Shown here piece after piece: positions 1 to 32,538 of a stretch of DNA of 64,000 bases (its first letter is position 1; each line of letters opens with the position of its first letter). The translations under genes and the position numbers were made by a program. A model generated the notes under the pieces. It did not search any database, was not told where the DNA came from, and was given only the letters and a program-made list of their open reading frames with translations. This DNA is from the human T2T-CHM13v2.0 reference genome, Homo sapiens. Location: the NCBI RefSeq assembly GCF_009914755.1, contig NC_060935.1, one strand, 5' to 3'.

Positions 1-793
1 GCCACCACGCCTGGCTGATTTTTTTTTTTTTTTTTTGCATTTTTAGTAGAGACGGGGTTTCACTGTGTTAGCCAGGATGGTCTCGGTCTCCTGACCTCTT
101 GATCCACCTGCCTCGGCCTCCCAAAGTGCTGGTATTACAGGTGTGAGACACCACGCCTGGCCTTTTTTTTTCTTTTTTGAGACAGAGTCTCACTCTGTCA
201 CCCAGGCTGGAGTGCAGCCGCGCAATCTTGGCTCACTGCAACCTCTGCCTCTCGGGTTCAAGCGATTCTCATGCCTCACCCCTCCAAGTCTGGGACTACA
301 GGCGTGTGCTACTATGTCCAGTTAATTTTTGTATTTTTAGTAGAGATGGGGTTTCACCATGTTGGCCAGGCTGGTCACGAACTCCTGACCTCAAGTTATC
401 CGCCACCCTCAGCCTCCCAAAGTGCTGGGATTACAGGTGTCAGCCACCACACCTGGCCTGTTAGTTTTTTTGAGGCAGAGTCTTGCTCTATCACCCAGAC
501 TGGAGTGCAGTGGCCCATTCTTGGCTCACTGCAACCTCTACCTCCTGGGTTCAAGCGATTCTCATGCCACAGCATGAGAAGTGGGATTACAGGGATTAGT
601 AGGTGGGATTACAGGTGTGAGCCACCACACCCAGCCAGGCCCAGATAATTTTAAAATTTATTTTTTTATTTATTTAGAAATGGAGTCTCACTATGTTGCC
701 CCGTCTGGTCTTAAACTCCTGGCCTCAAGGAATCCTCCCTCCTTGGCCTCCTAAAGGGCTAGGTGACAGGCATGAGTCACACTGCGCCCAGCC
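1..793 (-). mobile_element. Four tandem antisense Alu/FLAM elements (about 1-161, 164-458, 465-645, 661-793)
   Basis: Reverse Alu consensus blocks (CCTCCCAAAGTGCTGGGATTACAGG, GAGACAGAGTCTCACTCTGTCACCCAGGCTGG) with T-tails. Confidence 0.95.
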
Positions 794-2409
794 TTGAGCT
801 TTTGTGCTCGAGATATAGTCCATTCAGAACCTCTGGTTGGCACTTCTTATCTGGCACATGCAGGGCACCTTGGATCTCTTATTATCTTTGAGCACTGGTC
901 TGAACCCACTTGCTTGCCTTCTCCCAGGGGCTGCCCCGTGCACCCCTTGTTCCTAGGGTGGGGATGGGGTTGGATGCCTGGGGTTGCAGAGGGGACTAGC
1001 AGAGGGTGACCCTTTTCTCTATGCTATTACTTCAGATCTTGGCTTTTGCTTTCTTCCAAATACACAGCAATCTTGGCTTCCAGCCTAGGTGGGAAAGGGA
1101 GAAAGAACCGATTTCCTCCAGCTCCTCTCTGAAAGTAGCCCAACTGGCACTGTTTAGGAACAAGGAGTTCCTGAGAGTGTTGGCACCCCACGGTGTTGAT
1201 GTCCGGTAGTTCCCTGCTGTGAACCCTGTCTCTGCCCCACTTCAATCCAAGGACCCTGTGGAGGGAATTCTAGGCTTCTTCAAAGCCTCTGCAGTACCAG
1301 CTGCCTCCAAGGCCTAACATAGTGAAGTGATAGGGAGACAGGACCTTGGGGGAGTTTGGGGATAACTGTGGGAGTTCCTGCAAGGTGGGTAAGAGTCTGG
1401 CCATGGCATCTTCTGGTCTATTCCACAAAAAAGGTGGATGCCTCTGAGACCTAGCTCTGTTATGTTCATTACAGCCCTATCAGTCTCTTCTGGATGTCTG
1501 ATTCCTAGCTGCCAAACATCCAGGTGCTAGCAGCTGGGGGTGGGGTAGGATAAGAAGGGGGGTGTCTACCTCAACCTTCCTGCCCAAACCATTCATTTTA
1601 AAGTACTGTGAAGAAGGCTGGATTAGTGTTAAATTCAATAAAGTTAACAAAGCAAAGTATTGTAGTGAGTACACAATAAATAGTTGCTGCATGAGGAATT
1701 TCTTGAAATGAATTCAAGATGAGTCTTGAAAAACGAGTGGGAGTAAGCCGTGCACGGAAGCAGAGGTCTAGCAGAGGTCTAGCGCCAAGTCCCAGAGGCC
1801 TGAGAGGGCAAGCCTTGGTGGGGGAAAAGGCAGAAGTTGTGACTGGCTGCCTCTGAGAGTGCAAGTAGCCATGCAAAGTTGGGAAAACCAGACGGCGGCC
1901 GGAGCCGTGAACCAGGGGCAAATGGAGGATGGTGTTGGGGTAGTCACTAGCCTGCCGGAATGGAAGAAGAGGGGCGTTTGGGGGCGGTAAGGCCTAAAGG
2001 ACACTGGAGGGGCCTCGGGATTTGGGGCAGGATCACAGGCCTAGTCCACTTAAAGGTGGCTCCGTGCCAGGCCTTCCCAGAATCAGGTTGAAAAGAACTT
2101 TAGGGTTAGACAGGTTGGAGATGAGAAATTGGACCATGCAGGAAGTACTGTCGGAGGCGTGTTCCTGACTTTACTACCCTGAGCCGCCCACGGCTGGGGC
2201 AGTCCCCGAGGTTCCACCTTAAGGGGCGGGCCGGGGCGGGGCTCCGCTGCCCCTTCCCAGAGGCCGCGCCTGCTGCTGAGCAGATGCAGTAGCCGAAACT
2301 GCGCGGAGGCACAGAGGCCGGGGAGAGCGTTCTGGGTCCGAGGGTCCAGGTAGGGGTTGAGCCACCATCTGACCGCAAGCTGCGTCGTGTCGCCGGTTCT
2401 GCAGGCACC

Positions 2410-10074
<7,665 letters not shown>

Positions 10075-10215
10075 CTTCAGCCTGACATGGACCCACTACC
10101 CTTCTCCTTTCCTTCCCAGGCCCTTTGGCTTCTGATTTTTCTCTTTTTTAAAAACAAACAAACAAACTGTTGCAGATTATGAGTGAACCCCCAAATAGGG
10201 TGTTTTCTGCCTTCA

Positions 10216-10221
10216 AATAAA
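10216..10221 (+). terminator. SLC3A2: SLC3A2 polyadenylation signal AATAAA
   Basis: First AATAAA about 140 nt after the stop, followed by pyrimidine-rich sequence. Confidence 0.85.
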
Positions 10222-10589
10222 AGTCACCCCTGCATGGTGAAGTCTTCCCTCTGCTTCTCTCATAGCAGGAATTTCTCTCCTTCCTCCCCTCCCATGCGTC
10301 TCCTCCAACTCCTTCATTATTTATGTAGGGTCCCAGGGCCAGAGGAGAGGGGGCCTCCCAAAGTCAACAGCATGGAGGTGTCAGGGCTGGGAAAGCACCC
10401 ATGCCTCACCCATGCTGGGCCACGGGGCTCTCTGGACATCTTGGGTCTTGCCGACTCTTAACTTCATCCCCTTCAGCAAAGGGCTCTAGCCAAACATAGT
10501 TAGTTTTCCTGTTTTTGCAGACTTGGCCTTTCACGGAGAGTAGGGGTGGGATGGTCTGGTTTTTAAAAGGTATTTCTAAAGGATACTAG

Positions 10590-11020
10590 AGGTCATGCAT
10601 TCAAGAATTTGTTGAACACTCAGCACATACCAGAAACTGTCCCTGTTCTGGGGTCACAGCAGGGAACACAGTACAAAAATTCCTGCCTCCTTGGGGCTCA
10701 TACCCTTTGGGGAGCAAAGAAAAAAGACACAGCTGTTGTAGTGCAGAGGATATGGTGACAGTGTTTTTATGGAGGAAAAAGTAAAGCAGGAAAGGTGTTT
10801 CAGGGTAGAGGGGGCCAAAGGAGGCCTCACCACGGAGGTGACCTGTGAGTAAAGGCCTAATAAGTGAGGGAGTTCACCTGGTGAGTATCTGGGGAAGGGG
10901 CTTCCTGGGACTGAGGGGTGGGAGCCTGGCTGATATGAATGAGGAAAGGAGTAAGGGATGAAGTCTCATCGGCAAGGAGTGGGCAGATCATGACAGTTGT
11001 AATAAGGTGGTCACGTAGGG
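10590..11020 (-). mobile_element. L2 (LINE2) 3' fragment
   Basis: Begins with a degenerate reverse L2 tail (CATTCAAGAATTTGTTGAACACT) followed by purine-rich L2-type body. Confidence 0.55.
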
Positions 11021-11059
11021 TGCAGAGAGTTTGGCAGCCTACGTGGTTGGAGGGCATGG

Positions 11060-11603
11060 TCCCCACAAGTCTGTTTTCACTTCAATACCAGCTGCAAGTT
11101 CAGGGGTCCCCATGACCACCTTCAGGTAGGTAATAGACTAGAGTGACTCAGAACTCAGGAAGGTATTGGGATTATGGTTTTATTACAGCAAAAGCATACC
11201 CAGAGCCAGCCAAAAGATGAGAGGCCTGGGGCGGGGTCTGGGAGGGAGCTAAATAAGAAGCTTCCTGCTATCTTGCAATGGAGTCCTGGTACTTCTTCCC
11301 GGCCATGACGGAGATATAACCAGAGAAGCTCACTTGATCCTTGGGTGTGCCGAGTTTCCCCTGGTGTTTAATCACATAGTGCCCTGTGGCTGACCTTTAA
11401 TCTTCAGCCCCTGTGAGAGCTTTGGGCTAAGGCCTTTAGTTGTCTCCATTTCCCCCAGAGGTTGCCTGTTCCAAAGCTCAGATCGTAAATCACATTTATC
11501 ACTGACACTCCTGTTGGTCAGGACATTCCATGGGTCTAGAGGGCACTTACCAGTAGCCGAGGGTAAAGGCCAGACTTCCAAGTAAGAATTCTTCACTACA
11601 CAT
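11060..11603 (-). mobile_element. MER21-family LTR (ERVL group)
   Basis: GGGGTCCCCATGACCACC...GACTCAGAACTCAG...ATGGTTTTATTACAGCAAAAG, characteristic of MER21 in reverse. Confidence 0.65.
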
Positions 11604-11810
11604 AGAGTCTGAGGGAGTGGAATGGGAGTTGTTGGAGGGTTTTGAGCAGAGTGACATGGTCTCGCTTGGAATTTAACAGACTTCACTGGCTGTTACTAGC
11701 CAGCTTGCAGGGAGGCCAGTTAAGATGGTTTGTTCCTGCAACCTAGAATACTTTCTAGGATGGTAGTAGTGGAGGTGGTAAGAAGTGTTAAGAAGTGTTT
11801 GGGTCCTGCG

Positions 11811-23195
<11,385 letters not shown>

Positions 23196-23828
23196 ATTAT
23201 TGCCTACTGTGTCACAGACAATATGCCAAGTGCTTACAGATGCTGAGAGGTCAGGGTCTGAAGTGTGCTGGCCAAGACTTGGTTGGGCAGAGGCAGAGAG
23301 GAATAAAGGGAAAGTGAAGACTGCAGGGATGGGGAAGGAAACCAGTGTTTTCTGAGTGTTTAACATATGACAGGCTTAGCATGATTTGTCCCCCTTTTAT
23401 TGATGAGGAAACTGAAGCTTGGAATAATGAAGTGACTCATCCATGTTCACAAAAAAACTCTGGCTCCCAAACTCTTGCTGTACTCCATATCATCTCCTCT
23501 GGGGGGACTGGGAGAAGAGAGGAGGAAAGAAGAGGGTGGGATTCCAGGCAATAGGGAAGTTTGAATTAGGAAGGAGAGGCTCAAGATCTGGTATGCTCTG
23601 AGGAGTATGTTGAGGCATAGTATTTTTTGGCTTTGCAAGATTTCTGCATTGGGTTTCAAGAACAGGAAACTAGAGGTTCTGATGGTTTAGTACTTCCCAA
23701 CTCAAGCACCCAGACTTGAAGCCCTAGAGTTACAGGTGCTTGAAGGCTCCTGGGCTGGCTCTCTGCGGGGGACAAGCTCAAAGAACTCTCCCTGAGAGCC
23801 TGACGTGGTGCTGGGCACTGTCCTATAA

Positions 23829-24249
23829 TGTTATGGGTTGAATTGTGTACCCTAAAAAGATATATTGAAGCCCTAACCCTCAGTACCACAGAATGCAGAT
23901 ATAGTTAATTAGGATGAGGTCGCAATGGAGTAGGGTTGACCCTTAATCCAACATGACTGGTACCCTTATAAGAAGAGAAGAGACAGAGAGACACAGACAG
24001 ATGAGAGAGCACCATGTGATGACTGAGGCAGAGATTGAAGTGTGGCAGCTGTAAGACAAGGAATGCCTGTGGCCACCAGAAGTGGAAGAGGCAAGGAAAG
24101 AGTCTTCCCTACGGGTTTCAGAAGGAGCACGGCTGCTCCAAAACCTTGATTTTAGACTTCTAGGCTCCAGAATTGTGAGACAATGGGTTTCTGTTGTAAG
24201 CTACCCAGTTTGTGGTACTTTGTTACGGCAGCCCTAGGAAACTAATCCA
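23829..24249 (+). mobile_element. MLT1 (MaLR) solo LTR, MLT1B-like
   Basis: TGTTATGGGTTGAATTGTGT... start; ...TTGTTACGGCAGCCCTAGGAAACTAAT end. Confidence 0.85.
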
Positions 24250-25054
24250 CATACTTTATCTCCTTTAGTCCTTTCAGTGACTCCCAGTCCAGGGGATTTC
24301 AAACTCCTAGTACCATGTTCCACCATTAGAAATAGTTTACCTAGTGATCTGGTGCATGCAAACATGTATCTGTTTTCCCTTTCTAAAGTGAAACAAAAGT
24401 TTCAAAAAGTACTACTTACCCTCATTATGTGTCACACCCCCGTATTTTCAAATCTACTTTAAACAAGTTCATTAAAAAAAAAAGCTGATCATGACTCTGA
24501 TTTCATGACTCACTAATGGGGTCACAACCCACATTTTGAAAAACTCTTAGAATGTGAGCTTCTCCAGGGCAGAGACTATGTTCTATTTACTTCTCTGCTC
24601 CCTGCTCCTACAGTCTCTGAAACAGAGTGGGGGCCTGGCAACTATTTATCTGAACTGAACTCCCCATCAGGAAAGTATAGCAGCTCTTTTTTCCCAGTAA
24701 GGAAATGAAAGTTCATGGAGGTTAAAAAAGTTGCCCAAAGTCATCCAGCTTGTGAGCAGAGGAGTTAGTGTTGAGACAAAACCTTGGTTTAGCTCTGGAT
24801 TTGGACAGCCCTGGTTGTCCTGGTCCTGCCATTAGCAAAGTGGTTCTAAGTAAGCACCTCCACTGCCCACAGATGGACCCCTTTCTAAGCATTGCCTCAG
24901 CAGAGGTATCTCTCCAGATAACCAGAAGAGAGGACCACAGTAGGTGTGGGGGAATGGCACTGGGAGTGAGGTGATGGCAGAGATTGCCATAAAAAGACAC
25001 TATCCATCCTCTCCAGGACCTTGGAGCTGGCCCAGTGCACAAAAAGCCCTTTAG

Positions 25055-25396
<342 letters not shown>

Positions 25397-25984
25397 CTCT
25401 CTCTGCTTTAACTGCCATTTCCCTACCCTTCCCCACGTGTCCCACATATCCCCTCCCTCTACTGCCTGGGCCCTTCCTCCCAGACCTCTCTGCTGTGCCC
25501 TCTCCGTTTAGTGGTCTTCCAGTGCCTCTGCATCTGAGCCTCTTTTCTGACCATCTCCTCCACCGTCTAGCTTCAACCGAAACCTGCTGTCCCTCCGAGG
25601 ACACCCTGCAACCCTCTCAGGTGGGGGCTGTTTTTTTCTCTGGCTCTTGAAGAAGGCATATACATTTCCCAGGTGAAGTAGGAAAAGACTGATCCAAGCA
25701 AAGGAACTGAAAGGAGTAAAACCATGAAGAAGTAAGCTGAGGGCCTGTGTGAGGACCAGGAGAATTCCAGAGGCTGGGACTAAGGTCTGTAAGGGAGGTG
25801 TCACGGAAGAGGCTGAAGAATTAAGTAGGGCTGAATGGGAAGGCTTTTGAAGGCTAAGGAGCTTGCATTTTTATTTTAAGCGATTGGCTAGCTGTAAGCA
25901 AGGAATTGAAAGCATCAGATCTGTGTTTTGGCAAAATCACTTTGGCTAGAGCATGGAGAATGGATGGGAGTGGGACCAATTAAG

Positions 25985-26655
<671 letters not shown>

Positions 26656-28747
26656 TGAATTAAGGGATTGTTTTGGCACTTTGGGCAAGAAGCCTGGACT
26701 AGTTTGGAGGCAGTGGGGATGTAGACAACTGGATGAATTTGTGAACAATTCAGGAGATACGCTGAGTACAGGGAGTAAAAGACAGAAGGAGTCTGGGATG
26801 ACTCCCAGCTTTCTGGTTTGAGCAACGTGTGAATGGTGGTGCTAGCCAGGCCAGGAATATCAAGAGAGAAAGTGAAACTCAAGGGCAGGGGAAGGACAGG
26901 GACTCACAGTGAAGAGTGAGAACTGTTTTCAGGCTTATTTTGTGTGATAGTCTGATTTGTGGGGTTATCCAGTGTGTGTATGTTACCAAAGGTGCTAACA
27001 ACAACGATGTCAGAAGCAATAACCTCAAGCTCTCTCAAGCCCCTTAGAGCCTGAGGCTGGTGTGGGGAACCTGGCCATTCAAAAGACTTTTGTGCTCTAA
27101 AGGTGAGCAGGTACTTGTCTAAATTTCCAGTTGGGTCAGCATGAGTCCTGTGAAATCCCAGCCAGTGTCCTAAGAATAAAACCAAGGATTCCAAAGGCCT
27201 GGGGCCATGGGGGATTAGGAGAAGTTGGAGCTGTTCCTAGATGCCAAGCCCCCTACCTTCTATCTCCTTGTTGGTGAATTTGGTATACTGGCCAGAGAGG
27301 TAGGGCCTGTCTCTGCAAGTTTATAGTGGTATCCAAGGAAGCTGATTCTTCTGGGGTCTGATGTACCTGCTGAGACTTGGGGGCAGGGACTGGGGTGGCC
27401 AGAATCACCTACTCCATCTTGTCCTGTGGTCTTGTCTGATAAGCAGGCTCAGGCGGGTTACAAGAGCCGTGTTTTGGCAGAGCTATTCCTGTGATTGCCG
27501 GCAGATGGCGCTAAAGCAACACGGTGGGAGTGGAAGGAAGGTGGCGCAGGAGGAGAGAGGATCCTAACTTCTCCAGGCCGGAGAAGGGGTTGGTAGCAGT
27601 AGAGGGGAAGACAGCATTCAAAAAGCCGCTTCATTCTTTCCCTATTTCCAGCTCAGGCGTGTAGTCGCCCTTGTTTCTGGGGCCAAGAAAGACTCTCAGA
27701 ACGGGGCAGTGGTGGAGTGTTTGGGGTGGACAGTTGCCATGTCCAGCCACCCTCTCTCTTTGGGTTTATCCCATTTCCCCAATTCTCTGGCAGCTGGGCC
27801 TGCAGGAATCTAGCTTCAGAGGACTGAGGGCACAGACCCCATCTCCGGGAAGCCTTCCTGGAATGCACACACCCTTTCCCGCCGAAACTTGTTCCCCCAA
27901 ACTGCTTTAACCAAGCCATGATGGGATTTAAGTTTCTTCTCCCTGGATTGGGGGCATGGGCTTTTCAAAGCTCAGGCTGGAGGTGTAGGGTCAGAGCTGG
28001 GTCTGAAACTAGTCCTGGTTTCTGGCATTTACCGGTGAGCAGCCCTGTCCCGTGGTAACACTGATCATAGAGCCATTGAGGGCATTTCCCTACAATCTCT
28101 CTCATCCTCCTAACACTTCTGCAAAGGGCTTGTTCCCGTTTCAGAGATGAAGACACTGAGAAGAGACATGCCTAAGGTTGTTCAGTGAGGGACATGGCAG
28201 GTCAGACCTGCATCTGGGACAAGGGACAAGTGTGAACTGCTAGCTCCATTCCTGATGTGAATACCAGATTTACCCCCTCCACTTCTGGCCTTCAGTAGAG
28301 ACCAGGTTAATCTGGCCCCAAAGTTCCTATTCTCCCAGCACTGCTCAGCTTGCTCAGTCCTTCTGCCTCCCAGGACCTCAGTTTCAACGCCTTTAACATG
28401 GGGCAGGGCATTTAGCCTTAAAGGGGCCTTAGGGCTGTGAGGGAGCAGTGGTAAGGGAGGGGCCCTCTTAGGAACTTGAGCTCACAACCCCGTAAGCTGT
28501 GCTGGTGGGAAGGGGATATGGGGTTTGGATCCTTCCAAACAGGAAGGTCCAAACAGCAGGGTCATTCTCACAGTGCTGTAGTTCCTGGCTAGCCTATCCT
28601 GTTTAGATCTTCAATGGATACCATTTCCTATCGTGTTGGAAGCTTTCTTCCAAAGGCTTCTGGGAGTCCCAACGGCTATAAGGGGGCTGAATCTCCACTC
28701 CTCTCTCTGCAAGGGCTTAGCTCCACCCAGGACCTCATCCCTCTAGG

Positions 28748-28911
28748 CCAATGATTCTCAAACTTTACCCTGCATCAGAACACCTAGAGGGCTTGTTAAA
28801 AATAGGTGGCGAGTTCCACAGAGTTTCTGATTTAGTAAATCTAGGAGGACCCTGAGAATTCTCATAGCTAACAAGTTCCCAGGTGATACTGGGGCTACTG
28901 GTCAGAACCAC
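28748..28911. mobile_element. MER5A DNA transposon
   Basis: TTCTCAAACTTT...GCATCAGAA...CTTGTTAAAA...CTAACAAGTTCCCAGGTGAT. Confidence 0.7.
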
Positions 28912-29462
28912 TGTGAACTGAAAGATTCACTCAGCAAGTCTGGATTATCCGAATCCTGCACATTTGCACATTTCAAAGAAAGGTTTGGCCTTGCCTGGCT
29001 CCTGGAAGATAACACTAAACCCTTGGAATATCCTGCCTGGTAAGTGTTTTTGCTTACCTTTGCTCCTTGGGCCACATGGTATCAGTTTAACTTCTGGAAG
29101 GGCTGGAGACTAAGTAAGGTCAGCCATGTGGGTGGTCAGCTATGCTTACACGATCAGCCTCCAGTAAGAACATTGGACACCAAAGCTCTGGTGAGCTTTC
29201 TTGGTTGGCAGTACTTCATTTTTTTTTGTCATACATCATTGCTTGGAAGATTGGGCACTGTCTGCACGACTCCACTGGGAGAGGACAGCTGGAAGTTTGT
29301 ATCTGGTCTCTCCTGGTCTCTGCTCTGTGCACCTTTTGCTGTTGCTGTTTTATGCTCTATGTTCTTTCACTGTAATAAACTGTGAGGATAATAACTTTGC
29401 TGAGTTCTATGCATCATTCTAGCAAATCACTGAACCCAATGATCGTCTTGGAAACCACTACT
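28912..29462 (+). mobile_element. MER21/MER77-group LTR
   Basis: CCCTTGGAATATCCTGCCTG...GACTCCACTGGGAGAGGACAGCTGGAAG...TGTAATAAAC...CTAGCAAATCACTGAAC. Confidence 0.65.
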
Positions 29463-30057
29463 CCAGGCTACGGGATTAACCTCTCTAGAATTCCTTTGCG
29501 TTGGGCTTTGGGGACCCTTCACCAAAGAAGTGCCTTATAACCTGACCTGAGGGTCATCCTGATGGAGTGTTTTGGCCTAAATACTTTAGGCTGTCATCTA
29601 CTCAGTCCAGAGGTCAGGAGGTTATGAATTGCCTGGAAGTCTGGGTGTTGCTCTGTGGGGTAACCCTGAACAATCCTCCTGGATCTCTGGGCCTTATCTC
29701 CTCATGTGTAAATGGGGGTTTGGAAGAGTTCTGTTCTCCCCGGGTATGGCAGAGCCAATAGAGAATATGCAGGGATGTGGGCAGGGTTGGTTTATTTCAC
29801 CTAGCTGCCTCACTTCCAGAGGTCAGGTCTGCCTTTTATAGCCCCACTCACCTGAGCCAGGGACTCCACGGTGCTGGGGTCCCCAGGCTTTAGTAGATCC
29901 AACCATGCAGTGCTGGCCCTCCTAGAACCACTTTCACGGCCACGGCCCACATTCCAAAGTACTTGGGCCCTCCCTGCCCCATTCAGCCCTGGCCTGAGAC
30001 CAAGGCCTTGAGCCAACACAGTTAGGAAGGCCCCTTAGTGCCCGCTGGTTATGTGGC

Positions 30058-30063
30058 TTTATT
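30058..30063 (-). terminator. CHRM1: CHRM1 polyadenylation signal AATAAA
   Basis: TTTATT on + about 1.0 kb downstream of the CHRM1 stop. Confidence 0.8.
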
Positions 30064-31077
30064 CACAGACTCAGCACTTGCTGAGGATGAAAGGAAAGAA
30101 CATTTGGGGCCAGGCTGGGCCTGGAGATCCGGGTGGCTGGGAGGCCATGCATGGGTTGGATTGGGGAGCTCACAGGAGAGAACCTGCTGGCTGGGCCAGG
30201 CCTGTGTGGGGCAGGGCCGGAGGCAGGCAGCATGCGGGAGGCCTGGCTAGATCTGCATGGAGCAGATCCATCCAGGTGGTGGCTGTGAGCCAGGAGGGAG
30301 GGACTGAGGCTTCTCTGGGGCAGGGGGTATGGATTTGCGGCTGGATAGCAGGCACACTTGACTCCCACTCCCAGGAAAATGATATTGTAGGACAGTCAGG
30401 ACACCTGGCTCCTGGTCCTGTTGCTGCCTCGGGACTTGATATGTGACTAGCCAAGCCGGACCCTTCCAGTGTCATTGTCTTGCTGATGCTTGGACATTTG
30501 CCTTGGAGTTGACCCACCTAGGGACCCTCTGAGGACATTTGTGGACAATCCTGGAGAGTATGCCTAGGGCCCAGGTGGGCGGGCTCTGCCTATGAAGCGA
30601 GGGGATTCCCCAGCTCCCTGTCATCTGGCTTTTCTCCCAGCGGCCAGTTCAGTTTCTGGCTGTGCCCCCCAGGGGGCACCATCTCACACCGCAATCTGGG
30701 CCGCTGCTGGGCCAAGGAATACTTAATGTTAAGCCTTCTTTCTCCTGGCCCGCCCTGCTGGCTCCTGACTTCCTGCCTAAAGGCAAACAAGGAGTCCAAA
30801 GCCCGGATCCTCCTCCCGGGCCTTCTTCCTGGTGAAGAGCGCATTCCCACCCAGCAGGGAACAGAAAAACCAGTTCCCCGGGTTTCCCTCCCTGCCTGGG
30901 AATAGCGAAGTCTGGAAAGTTGGCAGGGTCTCTCTGGGCTGCCCAGGAAGGTGACCCAGGGTCCTGGGAAGCCAGGTGAGGCCTGAGCAGGGCCCTGGGG
31001 CTGAGGATGCAGCCCCTGCCCTCTTCCCACCGGCCTTTCCCGGGGACTGGGGTGGAGGGATGCAGGAGAGGGGACTA

Positions 31078-32460
31078 TCAGCATTGGCGGGAGGGAGTGC
31101 GGTGCACGGAGCCAGGGCGCTTGGGGATCTTGCGCCAGCGTCTCTTGTCCCAGCGGCAAAGCAGCAGCAGGCGAAAGGTGTCCCGGAAGGCTTTGTTGCA
31201 GAGTGCGTAGCACATGGGGTTGATGGTGCTGTTGACGTAGCACAGCCAGTAGCCCAGCTCCCACAGGGTCTCGGGAACACAGTCCTTGCAGAAGGTGGAC
31301 ACCAGCACCATGATGTTGTACGGTGTCCAGGTGAGGATGAAGGCCAGGAGGATGGCACTCAGGGTCCGAGCCGCCTTCTTCTCCTTGACCAGCGAGAAGG
31401 TCTTCCGCTTGGCCAGCTGCTCCTTTCCACGGGGCTTCTGGCCCTTGCCAGCTCGATCACGCCCTTTCTTAGTCGGCCTCTTGACTGTATTTGGGGAGCT
31501 CCGTGGGGGCTGCTTGGTGGGGGCCTGTGCCTCGGGGTCCACCATTGGCATCTTGATCACCACTTCGGAGCCAGGCTCCTCTCCCTCTGAGGATGTGAGG
31601 GACTCCATGGAGCCTTCGTCCTCTTCCTCTTCTTCCTTCCAGCTGTAGGCCTGCAGCAGCCTGGGGGCCCGGCAGCAGCGACAGCAGCGGCCTGGAGGAG
31701 TCTCTGGTGAGCCCTCAGCCCCTGGCTGAGACCTCTCTGAGCTGCTGCTGCTGCCACCCCCTTTGCCTGGCGTCTCGGAGCCCTGAAGGGCTGCCAGCTC
31801 CCGTGCTCGGTTCTCTGTCTCCCGGTAGATGCGCCAGTAGAGCGTGCACATGACTGTGACAGGGAGGTAGAAGGCAGCCATGGCTGTGCCAAAGGTGATG
31901 ATGGGCTGGGAGAGGAACTGGATGTAGCACTGCCCAGCTAGCACTGTCCGCTCCCCTACCAGGTACTGCCAGAAGAGGATGGCTGGGGCCCAGAGCACAA
32001 AGGAAACCAGCCAGGCCAGGCCGATCATCAGAGCTGCCCGGCGGGGTGTGCGCTTGGCACGGTAGCTCAGGGGCCGAGTCACGGAGAAGTAGCGGTCAAA
32101 GCTGATGAGCAGCAGATTCATGACGGAGGCATTGCTGGCCACATAGTCCAGGGCCAGCCAGAGGTCACAAGCCAGCGTGCCCAGAGCCCAGTGGCCCATG
32201 AGCAGGTACGTGGTATAGAGGTTCATGGAGAAGGTACCGATGATGAGGTCAGCACAGGCCAGGCTCAGCAGGAAGTAGTTATTGACTGTCTTGAGCTCCG
32301 TGTTGACCTTGAAAGAGATGAGTACCAGCAGGTTGCCTGTCACTGTGGCTAGCGACAGGAGGCCCGTGGTGATCCCAATGAAGGCCACTTGCCAGGGACC
32401 CTTTCCTGGTGCCAGGACGGTGATGTTGGGGCTGACAGCAGGTGGGGCTGAAGTGTTCAT
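31078..32460 (-). CDS. CHRM1: Muscarinic acetylcholine receptor M1 (460 aa, intronless CDS)
   Basis: [15 protein letters not shown]..., TM3 [14 protein letters not shown] motif, CWxP-equivalent TWTPY, NPxxY (NPMCY), long acidic i3 loop; GCCACCATG Kozak. Confidence 0.99.
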   Translation of the reverse strand: MNTSAPPAVSPNITVLAPGKGPWQVAFIGITTGLLSLATVTGNLLVLISFKVNTELKTVNNYFLLSLACADLIIGTFSMNLYTTYLLMGHWALGTLACDLWLALDYVASNASVMNLLLISFDRYFSVTRPLSYRAKRTPRRAALMIGLAWLVSFVLWAPAILFWQYLVGERTVLAGQCYIQFLSQPIITFGTAMAAFYLPVTVMCTLYWRIYRETENRARELAALQGSETPGKGGGSSSSSERSQPGAEGSPETPPGRCCRCCRAPRLLQAYSWKEEEEEDEGSMESLTSSEGEEPGSEVVIKMPMVDPEAQAPTKQPPRSSPNTVKRPTKKGRDRAGKGQKPRGKEQLAKRKTFSLVKEKKAARTLSAILLAFILTWTPYNIMVLVSTFCKDCVPETLWELGYWLCYVNSTINPMCYALCNKAFRDTFRLLLLCRWDKRRWRKIPKRPGSVHRTPSRQC

Positions 32461-32538
32461 GGTGGCTAGGTGGGGCTGGGGTTGGAGAGCCCCTTCCTCC
32501 AGGCACGCTACAGGGCTTCCTCAGGGGAAAGTCATCAC
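32461..32538 (-). other. CHRM1: CHRM1 exon 2 5'UTR portion (78 nt) and splice acceptor
   Basis: - strand ctctcttttcag|GTGATG with the AG at 32540-32539. Confidence 0.85.

Noticed and set aside
1040-1395. Possible additional SLC3A2 upstream exon (acceptors at about 1067/1294, donor TGG|gtaaga at 1388)
   Set aside because: Splice-like motifs only; boundaries ambiguous without transcript data.
30590-31648. Several 120-224 aa ORFs overlapping CHRM1 on both strands
   Set aside because: Alternative-frame or antisense shadows of a GC-rich CDS and 3'UTR; several lack an ATG start.
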